Shown one piece after another: positions 1 to 12,499 of a DNA stretch of 64,000 nucleotides. The first letter of the stretch is position 1. Each line of letters opens with the position of its first letter. This stretch comes from the human T2T-CHM13v2.0 reference genome, Homo sapiens, in assembly GCF_009914755.1 (NCBI RefSeq), contig NC_060927.1; one strand, written 5' to 3'. Made by a program: the position numbers and the translations under genes. The notes under the pieces are model-generated. The model saw only the letters and a program-made list of their open reading frames with translations. It made no database searches and was not told the DNA's origin.

Positions 1-774
1 TTGTAAATATTGACAAATTGCAATTAAATTTCCCAGCTCTCCTTTTATGTCAGCAATAATGACACTGAAGATCTGGTTAAAATTAGTTACTTCATTTGCA
101 TTTATTTTGTTAATCATTCGTTCCTTATAAACTGGAATATTTTCTTATCTCAGCAAATAAAGATAGCATCAACACTAAAAGAGATAAAAGCTTAAATCTA
201 TACTAGTTTCCACTTATTCAAAAGTAAAGGCAGTGTTTTGTCATCTTAGGTATTTAATTTCTTGGATCAAAGGGGAGTTTCGTCTTCCTTACATAAAATA
301 GGTGATGAGAAAAGAAAAGAAACAATTATTTTTGGTTTGTTTGTAAAAATACCTTATACTCTATCAGTTACTTACATTGAGCCTCTCTTAAGAAAAAGAT
401 TCTCAGTTATTTGCATAGATGTATTAGCTGTGAAACTAATGTAATGATTCACATACCTGTATTAGCTGTGAAACTCTGCAGCAATAATTTATTGGTAAAT
501 TTCATCCCCCAAGACTGGGCACAGCAGTAAATTCCCATCATCTTGATACTTTCATATGCCTACCACTTGGTCACAGTAGCAACTATTTGAAATCACCAAA
601 AACATCAAAAGATTATACCATCAACTCCTTGTGCTTTGTTGTTTTTATTTTTGTCTTCAGCTGTCTAGGAAACTACTGTAATATAAAATGGCACTCATGA
701 CCAGATGGTAGAGGAGGGAGTGGGGTTTGTGTGGGAAAGAGGATGGGGCCAACCAGCATCAAATGCCTCCTGGG

Positions 775-945
775 TCCCAGGACTGTACTAGACACTTTAA
801 ACACATTATCTAATTTAATTCTTCTAACAACATATAGAGGTAGGTATAATTGCTCTCAATTTACCAATGACAAGCCCTGAACTGAAAGCTCTAGACATGA
901 GATCTCCAGGCTTATGGCAGCTTGAGCTGAGTGGAACCCAGGTTG
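775..945 (-). mobile_element. MIR SINE fragment
   Basis: Degenerate reverse-complement MIR core (cattatctaatttaattcttctaacaac...gaggtaggtataattg); boundaries approximate. Confidence 0.6.
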
Positions 946-1331
946 AATAAATCTTGCACCCAGTACTTACTGAGTAGGTTGATGGAAAGTTGTTTCCATG
1001 TGTGCTGTTTTGTTATGGTTTTCCTTTTGCAGTGAAGAAGGTATTAGTTCCCATAAAAGACCTTTCTCCAACTGTGGTAATTTGAATATGTAAATCCACC
1101 TTTCTGTCAGGCTTACTTGAGGGCAAGACATTTATAAAGAAATGATCACACAGCCCACAAGAGTTACTTGGAGCCTTAAGGAGCCTTAAGTTAATGATCT
1201 CACATTCTCTTGACTTGGGAGACAACTGCATTTTAACTCACAAATAGCCACATTTAAAAAAACAGCAAACAAAATTTCTCAAAAGTTAAGAAAGCACATA
1301 AGGCTGTAGAGTAGCCTTACTTGTATTAACT

Positions 1332-1352
1332 AAAAAAAAAAAAAAAAAAAAA
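1332..1352. repeat. poly(A) tract
   Basis: Run of about 21 A with no adjacent retroelement body recognised. Confidence 0.9.
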
Positions 1353-1458
1353 CCAGTTGTCATTTTGTTTTGCTTTGCCAATTAAATGCTCCGCTTGTCT
1401 AGCAAGAAATAATCATCATCTTTACTGGTTTCTAGAGACAGCCTTGGGATTTTCTTTG

Positions 1459-1488
1459 GTGTGGGTGTGTGGGTGTGTGTGTGTGTGT
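1459..1488. repeat. imperfect (GT)n microsatellite
   Basis: gtgtgggtgtgtgggtgtgtgtgtgtgtgt. Confidence 0.85.
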
Positions 1489-1934
1489 CCTGCACCTTCA
1501 CATTCAAATGCCTCTGTGTGTGTTGTGATTTCCAAACATGGGATTGGGACACATGGACTGCAAAAGGATTTTGTCTGATTTGTGAATTTATTTACAGGTG
1601 AACATCTTAAGATGTTCCACTTCAGTATTTAAAACGATAAATAAACACAAAAAGTCCTACCTGTTCTGACAAGGGTGAAATCAGGGATTGGTACAGCAAG
1701 GGTCACTAATACCTATATACACTAACGTGTGGTTTGCGTATGGAGCATCACTCCTAACTTTTGTGACATTGGAGGTTTTACTATATTTAATAGTCACACA
1801 GATCAGTGTTGATAAAAATGTAGTATTTTAGCAATCAGATGTGTTTTTTCTCTCTGCCTTCAACTTCATGCTTTAGCAATATCAGACTATTTATAGCTTT
1901 CTATAGCTTTTTGAACACTAGAGTGGAGAGGTGG

Positions 1935-2152
1935 ACAATGTAGGCTTCAAAAACCTCATTCCTGGTTTGGCCTGAACTCTGTGGCTTAATAGCTATAGGA
2001 TCTTGGGCAGATTAATTTATCTAAGGTTTACATTTCTTATCAATAAAATGGGGATGAATCTCTTGTGAAGATTGAATGAAACAGTCCCAAAGTGCTTATT
2101 TTTAGCACAGTGCCTGGCACACAGAACCACTCAGTGAAGGTTAGCTATTATG
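1935..2152 (+). mobile_element. MIR SINE
   Basis: tcttgggcagattaatttatct...aaaatggggatg...agcacagtgcctggcacacag...gttagctatta resembles the MIR core and 3' end. Confidence 0.75.
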
Positions 2153-2199
2153 ATTATCATCAGCATCATCAACACCTGATACTTTTTTATACTTTGTAC

Positions 2200-2535
2200 C
2201 TTTGCATCTGTTTCCTCTGCATCTTTCCCCACTTGGTCTTCCTTCCAGCAAACTCCTTTTCATTTATTTAAATAATGTCATTTCCTACAGGAAGGCTTTC
2301 TTCATGTCCAACCCAGACACAATGATTTGTTCCTCTTTAATGCTCCTTCTTCACCTTTTACTTGATTATTCTGTGGCCTTACACGCCCTGCCATGATAGT
2401 TGTTTACAGGACCAGTCTCCTTGTGTAGACCGTGACTGTTAGGAGGGGCCGTCTTTCTTATTCATCACTGTATCCCCAGCACCCAGCGCAGTACCTGGCA
2501 GACAGGGTACTCCATGGATGATTACTCAATTGAAT
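2200..2535 (+). mobile_element. L2 LINE 3' end
   Basis: ttcatcactgtatccccagcacccagcgcagtacctggcagacag...ttgaat is a typical L2 3' terminus. Confidence 0.7.
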
Positions 2536-5500
2536 TTCTAACAGACACAAGCTGTTCTGCATCTGGCATAAACGGGCCCAAGGATTCTGAATCTGAGAAT
2601 CGGGGATGTTTAACAATAAACATGTCCTTCTCTCCACCTGCTGCATCAAGTTGAGATCCGTTATGCTTAAAAAACAAAAGCAAACAAAACAAAATCCAAT
2701 CTGAAATTGTGGTTAAAGGGACTTTAGTGCAACATTGTGGACAATAGAGACGAAAAGAAAATGACCTGAATATGACTAGATCCTTTATGATAACAGAAGA
2801 GGCTTTCAGCAAACCTTATTGGTGTGGCTTTGCAAGTAATAGTTTCAGATGTTTGCCCTGGGCCTCACTTCTCTGGCTGCAGGCCTCCTGCTGCTGATGC
2901 TCCCACGTTTTATGTAACTGTCACACAGTTTTGATGTACATTTATAATTTTAATATTCTCAGAAAGCTCTAGAACAAAACCTTTATGAATACAGAGGGTG
3001 TCTTCTAATCTTTTACCAGGAAATGGATGAAAAACATTTGTTGTAGACAAAGAAGTTCCAGTATCGAAATGATTTTCTAATTTGAAGTGATACAAAACTA
3101 TCCAGTAAAAACTCTTTTGTCTTGAGTCATATCATATTGAACATACTTGTATTTGAACTAGCTCTCTTCTCTTTGATTATATGATTTTAAATTGAAAATG
3201 ATGAAAAAAAAACTTGAAATAATAAGTTGACCGGTATTTCTCAAACTGATCTGGGGCTATATTCTTGGGGTTACATGTGTGTTCTGGGAGAATCTTGAAG
3301 GTTAGGGCTTTTGTTCTGATGATAGTCTGCAGCTAATCTGAGCATCTTCTGGACCATCCTGTAACTGAATACTGGGCTTGCATTCTGCTCCTGTGGGCGC
3401 CAAATGATCACAACTTCCTATTCTAAGGAGAAAGACCAGGAGGGGCCAAATGACATCACCCCTCACATGGTGGAATGCATCTGCTTGACCCCAAAGAACC
3501 TGCACCTTAGCAGTCAGCACTGCATTCACATTCCCAGAGGTGATTCAGTTTCAGCAAGAGCACATAAATTGGTCACATTAAAGTAATACTATTAGTTGGA
3601 TTTTACTGGTTTTGTAGTTTTATTTGCATTTAATTTTAAAATTTGTTTTAGTGTGATGCTTGCTTAAAAGAGCAATAAGCATATGGGTTTAGTTTTACAT
3701 TTATACATACTTAAATAACATAATTTTTGATGTAATGTGACATTGTGTCTTGGGTTTTTTTTTCCCCGCAATTGTCTGAAAGCTAATCATATAACCAGTC
3801 CATTTTGAGAAATGCTGCAATGGGTTCCATTTATGATGCTGACTTTTCTGGAAAAGTTTGTCCGTGACCAAATAGCCTCTTGTATGGCACACTGTATGCC
3901 ATAGGCACTCAATAAATCCTCATGATATGAGGACAGCCCTTGGGTCTTGCCCTCATTCTGCCACATGCTTGTGAGCAAGTCTCTGGCTGATATGACCAAG
4001 TAAGTGCTTGGATTTAAGGATCTCATTAGCTCCTTCCATCTCTAAAATTTGAGTCAAGAAACCCCAGAGATTTCTGCCATTTGTTTATTTTTCTGCCTCA
4101 CTGTGCCACCTATCCTGACCCATAAAATTGGATTTTTTTTTCAACTTCTTAGACATCAGCAACAACAATGCCATATTTGAGTACATTCAATCAGTTTTCT
4201 TGAAACACAAACTCAACCTTTCTTGTTGGAAGTTGTAGTCTTTTTATTTTCCTTGAAAGAAAATAAATAAAAGGAAAGCACTTAACCTAGACCTTTGGAC
4301 ATATAGAACTAATACATCCCTTTGGAAAGAACCTTAATATCTCTGACAAAGGCTGCTAGACAGAGGCTGAAGCATGTTAACAGTAGCCTCCCTGTCTCTG
4401 ATCCTGAGGCCATTAGTTCTCTTGGTGTGAAATCGCCCCTGCAGTGTGACAGACCTGGATGCTGACCGTAGCCTCGCACACCGTTTCGTTGGGGGCTTTG
4501 GGGAGCAGGAACTACTCAGCTATGGGAGACACAAACTGGGGTCCTCAGGGCAGTCCTTATGCTTAATGAATCAGTGAGCTTGTTTGAACAATTTTAATGT
4601 AGCCCAGATTACTAGCTTCCTTAGTTTCTTTGAGTGGGACCAGCAGACCTGGAGAAAAATGGAAAGAAATGGAAAGAGAAGGTGTTTTCCCAATGGAGTA
4701 GAGACTACCAGCCTCTGACACGGTCAACTAGCCCCAACTAGAGGCCTAAATCAACTTCAGAAGTTCCCAAAGAAACAGTACATTTAAGAAAATTTCTCTG
4801 TAATGTGTGATTAATTTGGGCTGCTCTGTGCTGGGTGACATGTTGGAAAAGGGGAATGTAATCTTATAATAACTTTTTGGTTGATGGGCTGTAGGTGAAC
4901 TCAGGTTTGATTTGAAGTGAAAAACCATGCCATGAAGAAAAATGTTTATGGTTGCCATTTGGTTTAAAGAGCCCTGGGGCTCCCACCTTTATTGTGAAGT
5001 ATAGTCTTAGAATAAAAATATTTAGCTGTGCTTCTGTAAATTAAAATCTAGTTTCTCCTTAGGTTTATGATTTGAAGTCAAGTTTCTGACTTAAGTGAGA
5101 TAATTAAAAGAAAAACAGAAGCAAGAGGATGATAGATGTGACCTGCAGCCTTGGCGTACACAAAAGGCCTGGCCGTTTTTCTTTTGCTCAGCGTAGACTG
5201 TAGATTTATCATCAGGACAGCAAATGTATTTAGGAGGAGGAAAAGAAAGAGAAGTTACATATGAGCCTTGTGACAGCGTCTGTCACAGAGAAGCAAATGA
5301 ATATTCTTACAGGGACATTCCATTTAAAGAATTGCTTTTCATTGTCCTTTGAGTTGCTTTATGTTCGTTTAATAAGCAATACTGAGTTCAAAGATAGCTC
5401 TGCCCTTACAACACCTACAATGGGAAGTGATATTCTTGGCACCTTAGTGTAACAGGCTGAGATAGTAATTACATCATCAGTACCTGTCAGATGCTGGGGC

Positions 5501-6090
5501 AGGCAAGTGCCGAGGCAGAGTGGAGAAAGCATTTAGTGATGGAAGACTCATAACTCTAATTAACTACTGCTTACTCCATGATCTCTGACCATATAAATTG
5601 TGCAAACTCTATGGAGCCTAAAATACTGAATAAGATGAATGATATCATAATAAGAGGGAAAGACCCCAAAACATTTCTTTTTATACATTGAAAAATGAGG
5701 AGGCAGTGATCGTTTAAGAACAGATGCAAATATTTGAGAACATCAGACAATAGAAAGTCAAAGAACAGTTCTAGTGGATTATTCCTTTCAGCTCTGTACT
5801 TGGCTGCCAAGGGTGATTTTGTTATTATTTTCTTCTCTTTCTCCCCACCCTGAAGCAAAAGAAGAAATTAGCCAGAGGTAATTTCTGGTAATTTAGTGTA
5901 AAATTGGCACTTGCTAATTTGCTGACCTGATTTTTCTGAGTTGAGGAAGGATGGAAGCTGACCTCGCATTGTCTGCATGCACTGGGTGTCTAGGCAATCT
6001 TCCCATAGGAACAGTGCACTGTATTTTCTAAGTTCCTTTGGTGTATGAATAATCTTTTGTATCTCACACCTATCAGTGACATAGGTTTAA

Positions 6091-6417
<327 letters not shown>

Positions 6418-6911
6418 TAAAAGGTTTTAAGTGGTCTCTTTGGGTGAAATTCGGAACTCCCTTTGCACTCTCAACCTAATGAAAATGGAACTCGTAAGCT
6501 GGAGAGCCACAGCCTCTGCTCTGGAGTGCTCTGCGCATCTGCCACAAGAAGCCTGAGACTTCAAAGCTGCTCCTGGTTTCCAAACTGCCAAAACAATACC
6601 CCCTTCTCTTAGCTTTACCATTTCCTCTCTTCTATTTCTCTTGATCTGCTCCGGAAGCTCAAATAAAGCTGAAGACATTTGTCAGTAAAATCATGCAAAT
6701 TTTAGTAGTCAGGTTTCCTGCCCCCCTGCCCCCGGGGCTAGTGAGGAAGGGTTAGTGTGTAATTCATGCTTTAAAAATAGCACATCAAATCTGGAATAGT
6801 TAGCTCAAGTAGTACTTCAACATTTTCCATATTTCTAGTCCCTTAACTAGAAAGCACATAATATGGTTCACCCTATCTAGAAAGGGCTTTTCAACCACCT
6901 TCTTGAGGTAG

Positions 6912-7318
6912 TGTATTAGTTTGAGTAGGAAAGTTGCTTGTTGACAAGCAATCCCCAAATCTCAGTGGTTTCATATAATAAAAGTTTATTTCTTGTCCAC
7001 TCTCCGTTTTGGATTTGTGAAGGAATAGAGACAGCCTTCCTCTCTTCCATGGCTCTGTCATCTTCTAGGCAGGGCCTCATCCCTTCAACACCCCCACCCC
7101 CACTAACACATGGATGGTGAAAAAGGTGAGAGAATGGAGGATTGCATGGGCGAATTTAGAGGCAAGTCCTAGAAGTGGTATATCTAATTTCTGCCCAATT
7201 TCCAGGGGTCAAAATTTGGTTTGGGAGCCTCAACTAACTTCAGGGAAGGCTGGGAGCCTAGCTGTGCACCCAGAAAGAGTGTAAGTTGTAGTGAACACGT
7301 AACACTTTCTCTGCCACA
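6912..7318 (-). mobile_element. MaLR solo LTR (MLT1J/K/L-like)
   Basis: tgtattagt...ccccaaatctcagtggtt...aaagtttatttctt...tctctgccaca; flanks ggtag/gatag resemble a 5-bp TSD. Confidence 0.7.
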
Positions 7319-7530
7319 GATAGTAAAATTTGCCTTCTGTCTTACTCATTCTAGTGAGGAAGATTAGGAGCAACTGGAAGCCATGGTGAAAAATACTTCA
7401 TTTGCCTTTTGTCTGACCAACATAGCTAGCTCTTTGTCTTGTTTAGTTCTTCCAGAATTAATTTTTCTGCAACTGATGTTTGTCTCATGCAATTGTCTTG
7501 TATTTGGGGATCCTACAAGAGGTAATTTTA

Positions 7531-7590
7531 GTCTGGGAAACATAGGGAGACCCATCTCTAAAAAAATGTTTTTTTTAAAAAATAGCCGGC
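7531..7590 (+). mobile_element. AluJ, 5'-truncated left part (interrupted by L1)
   Basis: gtctgggaaacatagggagacccatctctaaaaaaa...aaatagccggc is the end of the left monomer plus linker. Confidence 0.8.
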
Positions 7591-7890
7591 ATTCTCAGCA
7601 AACTAACACAAAAACAGAAAACCAAACACCACATGTGCTCACTCATAAGTGGGAGCTGAACAATGAGAACACATGGACACTGCTTGGGGCAGGGGGCATG
7701 GGTATCACACACTGGGGCCTGTCAGGGATGGGAGGGCTAGGGGAGGGATAGCATTAGGAGAAATACCTAATGTAGATGATGGGTTGATGGGTGCAGCAAA
7801 CCACCATGGCATGTGTATAACTATGTAACAAACCTGCATGTTCTGCACATGTACCCCAGAACTTAAAGTATAATAATTAAAAATAAATAA
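7590..7890 (+). mobile_element. L1PA (L1PA7/8-like) 3' end, about 300 bp, 5'-truncated
   Basis: cattctcagcaaactaacac...ctcataagtgggagctgaacaatgagaacacatggacac...gaacttaaagtataat, followed by an A-rich tail. Confidence 0.95.
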
Positions 7891-8045
7891 ATACTGGGCA
7901 TGGGTGGGGCACAACTGTGGTCCCAGCTACTCAGGAGGCTGAGATTGGAGGAACCCTTGAGCCTGGGAGGTCAGGTTGTAGTAAGCCATGTTAGTGCCAC
8001 TGCACTCCAGCCTGGACAACAGAGAAAGACTCTGTCTCAAAAAAA
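7891..8045 (+). mobile_element. AluJ right monomer
   Basis: ctgggcatgg...tcccagctactcaggaggctgag...ggaggaacccttgagcctgggagg...cactgcactccagcctgg...tctgtctcaaaa; J-type diagnostics. Confidence 0.93.
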
Positions 8046-8119
8046 GAGAAGAAGGAGAAGGAGAAGAGGAACAAGAGGAAGAATAAGAGGAAAAAGAAGA
8101 GGAAGACGAAGAAGAAAAA
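8041..8119. repeat. GA-rich simple repeat derived from the Alu tail
   Basis: gagaagaaggagaaggagaagaggaacaagaggaagaataagagg... Confidence 0.85.
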
Positions 8120-8414
8120 TAATCTTTCAAAATTCTCACTGGTATCTGGTTCAGGGATATATGGAAGTCTTTGTTCACTTTCTCCAACACTGTCTCTTTT
8201 TAAAAGATCTTTGGAAGAAATTTAATCTTCTCCTCAGCAGTGGCTGTATTTTCAGTTCAAGAAGATTGTGGATCTCTTAAGTTAGTCTGTTACCCTTTGC
8301 ACTGTTGCCATTTTGAAGTTGAGTTAACATTCCACCTCAGGCCACCTGTAGAATCTGTTAACATGCATTTCTATGAAAGAGCTATACCTCTTGTTCTAGT
8401 TTAGCATCCTGCTC

Positions 8415-8419
<5 letters not shown>

Positions 8420-8461
<42 letters not shown>
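8420..8461. repeat. (TA)n microsatellite, about 21 units
   Basis: Perfect TA run. Confidence 0.97.
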
Positions 8462-8463
<2 letters not shown>

Positions 8464-9466
8464 CCTTCATCTAGATTTTCTCATCTGCTCTCTTTTATTT
8501 TATTTTGAACATCTTGAACATTTGCATATCTAAACATCTCTGTAAACCTTCACAGATCTTTTGTGCAATTGAAAAAGGGTAAAAATAAGAACCAAACCAC
8601 ACAAGCACAACACTTGGAAATAATCTGAGTCTTAAAAGTCTCTTCTTGAGCTTTCTGTTTAAGTTGAGATGTTCCTGAGAAGGATCACTGTTTGCTACCA
8701 GCCCCTGAGAAAGAATGAGCAGAAATAGGAGACCTGGGGTGAATGGAGGTAGGGAGGAAAGGAAAGTAGAAGTTTCAGCAGCCTGAAAATACTTTAGTTA
8801 ACATTAAGGAATTATTTCTTGCTAATTAATTACATTTTTGTTATACTACTCTTCCGTAAAACATTTTGAAAGAGTAATGTCTACTTGCTGCCTTTGCCAC
8901 CTTGCTTTCCCCTAATTCCTTAATCCTTACCACAACCCCCAACTAAAGCCCACGTGAATGTCACTAATCCCCTTAGTCACTGCATTCTGTAGCCTTTTCA
9001 TCCCAAACCTACAGATTGTTGAAGCTCTCTTCTTCTTTGCTCTGTCCAGGTTCTCCTCCACTATTTCCATTGCTGGAGATGGCTTAGGAGGAAGCCGGGC
9101 AACTACTAGTTGTGATGGTATGGGGAGAATTCATGTGTTAGGAAAGGGCTGCGCTTCCGACCCAGAACCTTTTAGATCTCTTCCAATTCCAGGCTCTAGA
9201 TTCTGTGGTTCTCTGCCTAATCCTTTTTGGCCTTATTTCCCGTTTAGTCCTTTCACTTATTTAATCATTTAATAAAACGTTGAGTTCATTGTATGTACAA
9301 AGCATATGCTAGGAACTCCAGGCATAGCAAAGTGATTAAAATTTTGTAAAAGCTGAATTAGTAAAGAGTCATAGAACATAGTGGAAAAAGCTCTTGGCTC
9401 AGGTTCTGGTTCTGGTTCTGGATCTTCCACTGATAAACTGTGGGACACCAGGAAGCCACTCAACGG

Positions 9467-9600
9467 TTCATTCACTCAACAAATAGTTGTTGAGTGTCTT
9501 CTATGTGATAGGTACCCTGCTAGGCCTGGAGACACAGTGCTGAATAGTAGAGACAGTTTCTGCCCTCAGGGAGCTTACAATCTATCAGAGAAGACACAAT
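9467..9600 (-). mobile_element. L2 LINE 3' end
   Basis: ttcattcactcaacaaatagttgttgagtgtcttctatgtg...ctgccctcagggagcttacaatcta. Confidence 0.75.
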
Positions 9601-10214
9601 AATATTACCAGCTTATTTAAAAGAATGAAACAGTTTTTACACGTTTATAACTTACCCGGCATCAGGTTTACTAGCTACTGTGCTAGGAGCTTCCACATGC
9701 ATCATTTCACTTAATTTTCATAATTACTCCGTGATGCGCCTTACCCCCAGCTCTGCCTTAAGATGATCAAACTGAGGTGCAAAGTAGTTTAAAAAATAAT
9801 TCCATAAAAATGGTAAAAAGTAATTTTATTCATTCACTCAAAATTTATTTGAAAGCACTGCTAAAGTGTATTAACTTTTTCCTGAGGCAAAATACTAAAC
9901 CTTCTATGACTTTAGTTTCATAACATCAGCAATTATAAAATGGAATTTTAAGGTACTAAACTCAAATGATGTAGGTGTTAGCTTAAAAGAGAGAAATGGG
10001 GAAGCGATCAGGCTTGTTGGAGGGGAGAAGGGAGATGGCTTACAAGGCTCCCTGCAGAAGAACAAGAAATCCTGGGCACAACAGAAAGCAGAACTAGTTG
10101 GTAGATGCTCCCAGCAGACTTCCCCTTGATCCAGAAGGAATCTGTTGAAGGCTTTCTGACCTCTGTCTCCAGAGAACTACTCAAATAATGGCAAAAACGA
10201 CCATGACCCCAATC

Positions 10215-10458
10215 AATATTTATGAATGCTTACAACCTTCCAGATACTTTTATAAACATCTTACATGTATCGGCTCATAAAATCTCCAAAAACCTAAAGA
10301 GGTAAAAGTTTTCAGTCACATTTCATAGTTTGGAAAGCAAGTGTCAGGGATGTGAAGTGACTAGCTCAAGGTTACAGCTAGTTGGTGGCAGATCCAGGAT
10401 TTGAATTCAACCAGTTGGCTTCCAAGCCTAGGTTTTTAATAATGAGCTATACTGCTCT
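10215..10458 (-). mobile_element. MIR SINE
   Basis: gtgaagtgactagctcaaggttacagctagttggtggcagatccaggatttgaattc is the reverse-complement MIR core. Confidence 0.75.
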
Positions 10459-12007
10459 TACCCCGACCTCAGCTTCTGTGTGGGTCTGTAAATATAAACC
10501 ATACACATACTGAACACCATTTCTATGGTCTCAACTTAGGTAATCCTGGCATATCTTGTTAGTAACATCTTTGGCATCTTCTCCTTATATTGGAAACCCC
10601 TTGAAAGCAGAGTCTATGCCTAATCTACAATACTGAAGGAATGTTCGCTCATAGCTCTTGATAAAATGATCATTATCAGGAAAAGCGACCAGACAACAGC
10701 CTTTCTTCTCACTAACCACTCTGGAGCATGTTCTTAGAATGGAGTTTGAGGTTGAGGAGGAGAGATGAATTGCAGAAAGTTTCCAGGATATCAGAGACTT
10801 GATGGCTATATTTACTCATGCTTTCCATAAAAACAGGTCACAGCTCTGAGAACCGAGCCTTGGCAATCTGTTTTGGCTATATCCAAGGGCTTTCCATGGG
10901 AGCCCATTCCTACTTACACCTGGGTATGCTCTTGTTTGCTGCTGTGGCAGAGGATTGGCTATCCTACTGCAATGTCCCCTGGTTCCAGAAGCTCAGCATT
11001 TCAAAACCAAGACCTTAGAATAATCAATTAGCCTAGGAGGCTGCTCAAAGTGGACATAACTCCTTGTAAATGGTAGATGACATTTTAGTTGGGTGCTGAG
11101 GATCTGTTCTGAACTGTGTGCATTGCCATCTTCAGTCTTATAAAACTAATCACTTTTCCCTGCTCCCTGAACATGCGGCAGACTACCAAAACTTAAAATC
11201 AAAGATGCAGAATGAGTCTCAGTTTAAACGGTCCACAAATGTTGAATGTGATATTAGGCCCATGCCTTTTTTAAGATGAAAAATTATATAAATTTCTTGC
11301 TTTTTCATAGAACATTTGAAGATGTTTACTAGTAAAACATCAGAAAAAAACATTCCATGAAGTAGTAAAGTTGTATATAGAGAGCACTTTGGAAAATTAA
11401 AGCCAAGAGAAAGGAGACTAGAGATATATCAACTGTAAGGATCTTCAGAATGTTGTCAACATTGTTTTGCTCCACAGATTCTATAAAGTGTGATTTTTAA
11501 AAAATAAGCAATGTATCTCCTTTTTGATCAAAATCTCATGCAGAACTTCAATACTGAGCCTCTCCTTTCCCCATGTATCCCCATTCCGTATGGGTTGGGG
11601 AAGAGATGAGTGGGGCTTTGGGCTTCCCCACCTTCATTGACCAGAGAAGTACTACCATCACCTGTTTTCTGTATTCACCTTATATGGAAATTCTCATTTG
11701 AAGAATGAGTTTTGTGGCTTAAAAATATCTAAAAAACCCTACTCTAGTATGAGATCCATTATTTTTTAGAATTGTATATTTCATTAGTAAAAAATGTTTT
11801 TGTGCATGCCTTCAATATATTTACTTGTTATATACATGTAGTACTTTATTAATATGTGCATTACTACATAGTCAAAAATTAGTTAAATCAGTCAAAAATG
11901 CAGTTAAGTAGAAGTTGCGGTATTTTCTCCCTGTACCCCAGGGGATCATCAGGCATACCCCCAGCAGTGCTGGCCCTGCACTTTGGAGAGGGTCCTAGAG
12001 CTATATT

Positions 12008-12393
12008 TGTAGTAGGCTGGCTACTGTAACAGCAACCTCAAAATGCTGCTTGCTTAACATACTAAACATTTCTTCTTGTGTGTATCCCTATCCAGTTCCA
12101 GCTGTTGCAGAGCTCTGCTTCATAGTTCAGGGACCTAGGCTTCTCCTTTTGCATGGTTCTGTTGCTTTCCAGAAGTTTTCTTCCTACACAATCAGCTGGA
12201 AGATGGGAAATAAACTAGTGTGGTGAATCTGGGGGAAGGGTTTTATGCATCAAACCTGAAAATAGCATACATAACTTCCTTCTCTTTTCCATTGGCTAGA
12301 ACTCAGCCATTATAGCCATATCTGGGGAAAGCTGGAAGCCCAGGAGTTTAGGAAAACAGGACTTGGTGAACATATAGCATCCTTTCTGCCACA
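12008..12393 (-). mobile_element. MaLR solo LTR (MLT1K-like)
   Basis: ggctactgtaaca...cagggacctaggct...ccattggctagaactcag...ctttctgccaca. Confidence 0.65.
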
Positions 12394-12499
12394 TAAATCA
12401 ATGCTGTACTGAAGAAGAGACTGTCTTCCTGCCAGTATCACTGGACTTGAAGTTTGTTGAATGTGGCATTTAGAGAGGTGGGTATATGACTGTTTACAG

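Noticed and set aside
420-475. CRISPR-like repeat-spacer-repeat
   Set aside because: Only two 18-bp copies, primate DNA, and no cas genes.
4430-4500. Small CpG cluster as a possible promoter
   Set aside because: Only about five CpGs in 60 bp, far below CpG-island scale, with no other promoter evidence.
7900-8280. 126-aa ORF with a poly-Arg, protamine-like stretch
   Set aside because: It is a translation of the Alu right arm plus its GA-rich tail.
9381-9602. ORF with a GSGSGSGS linker-like motif
   Set aside because: It comes from a short (GGTTCT)n slippage inside a MIR-like fragment followed by L2.
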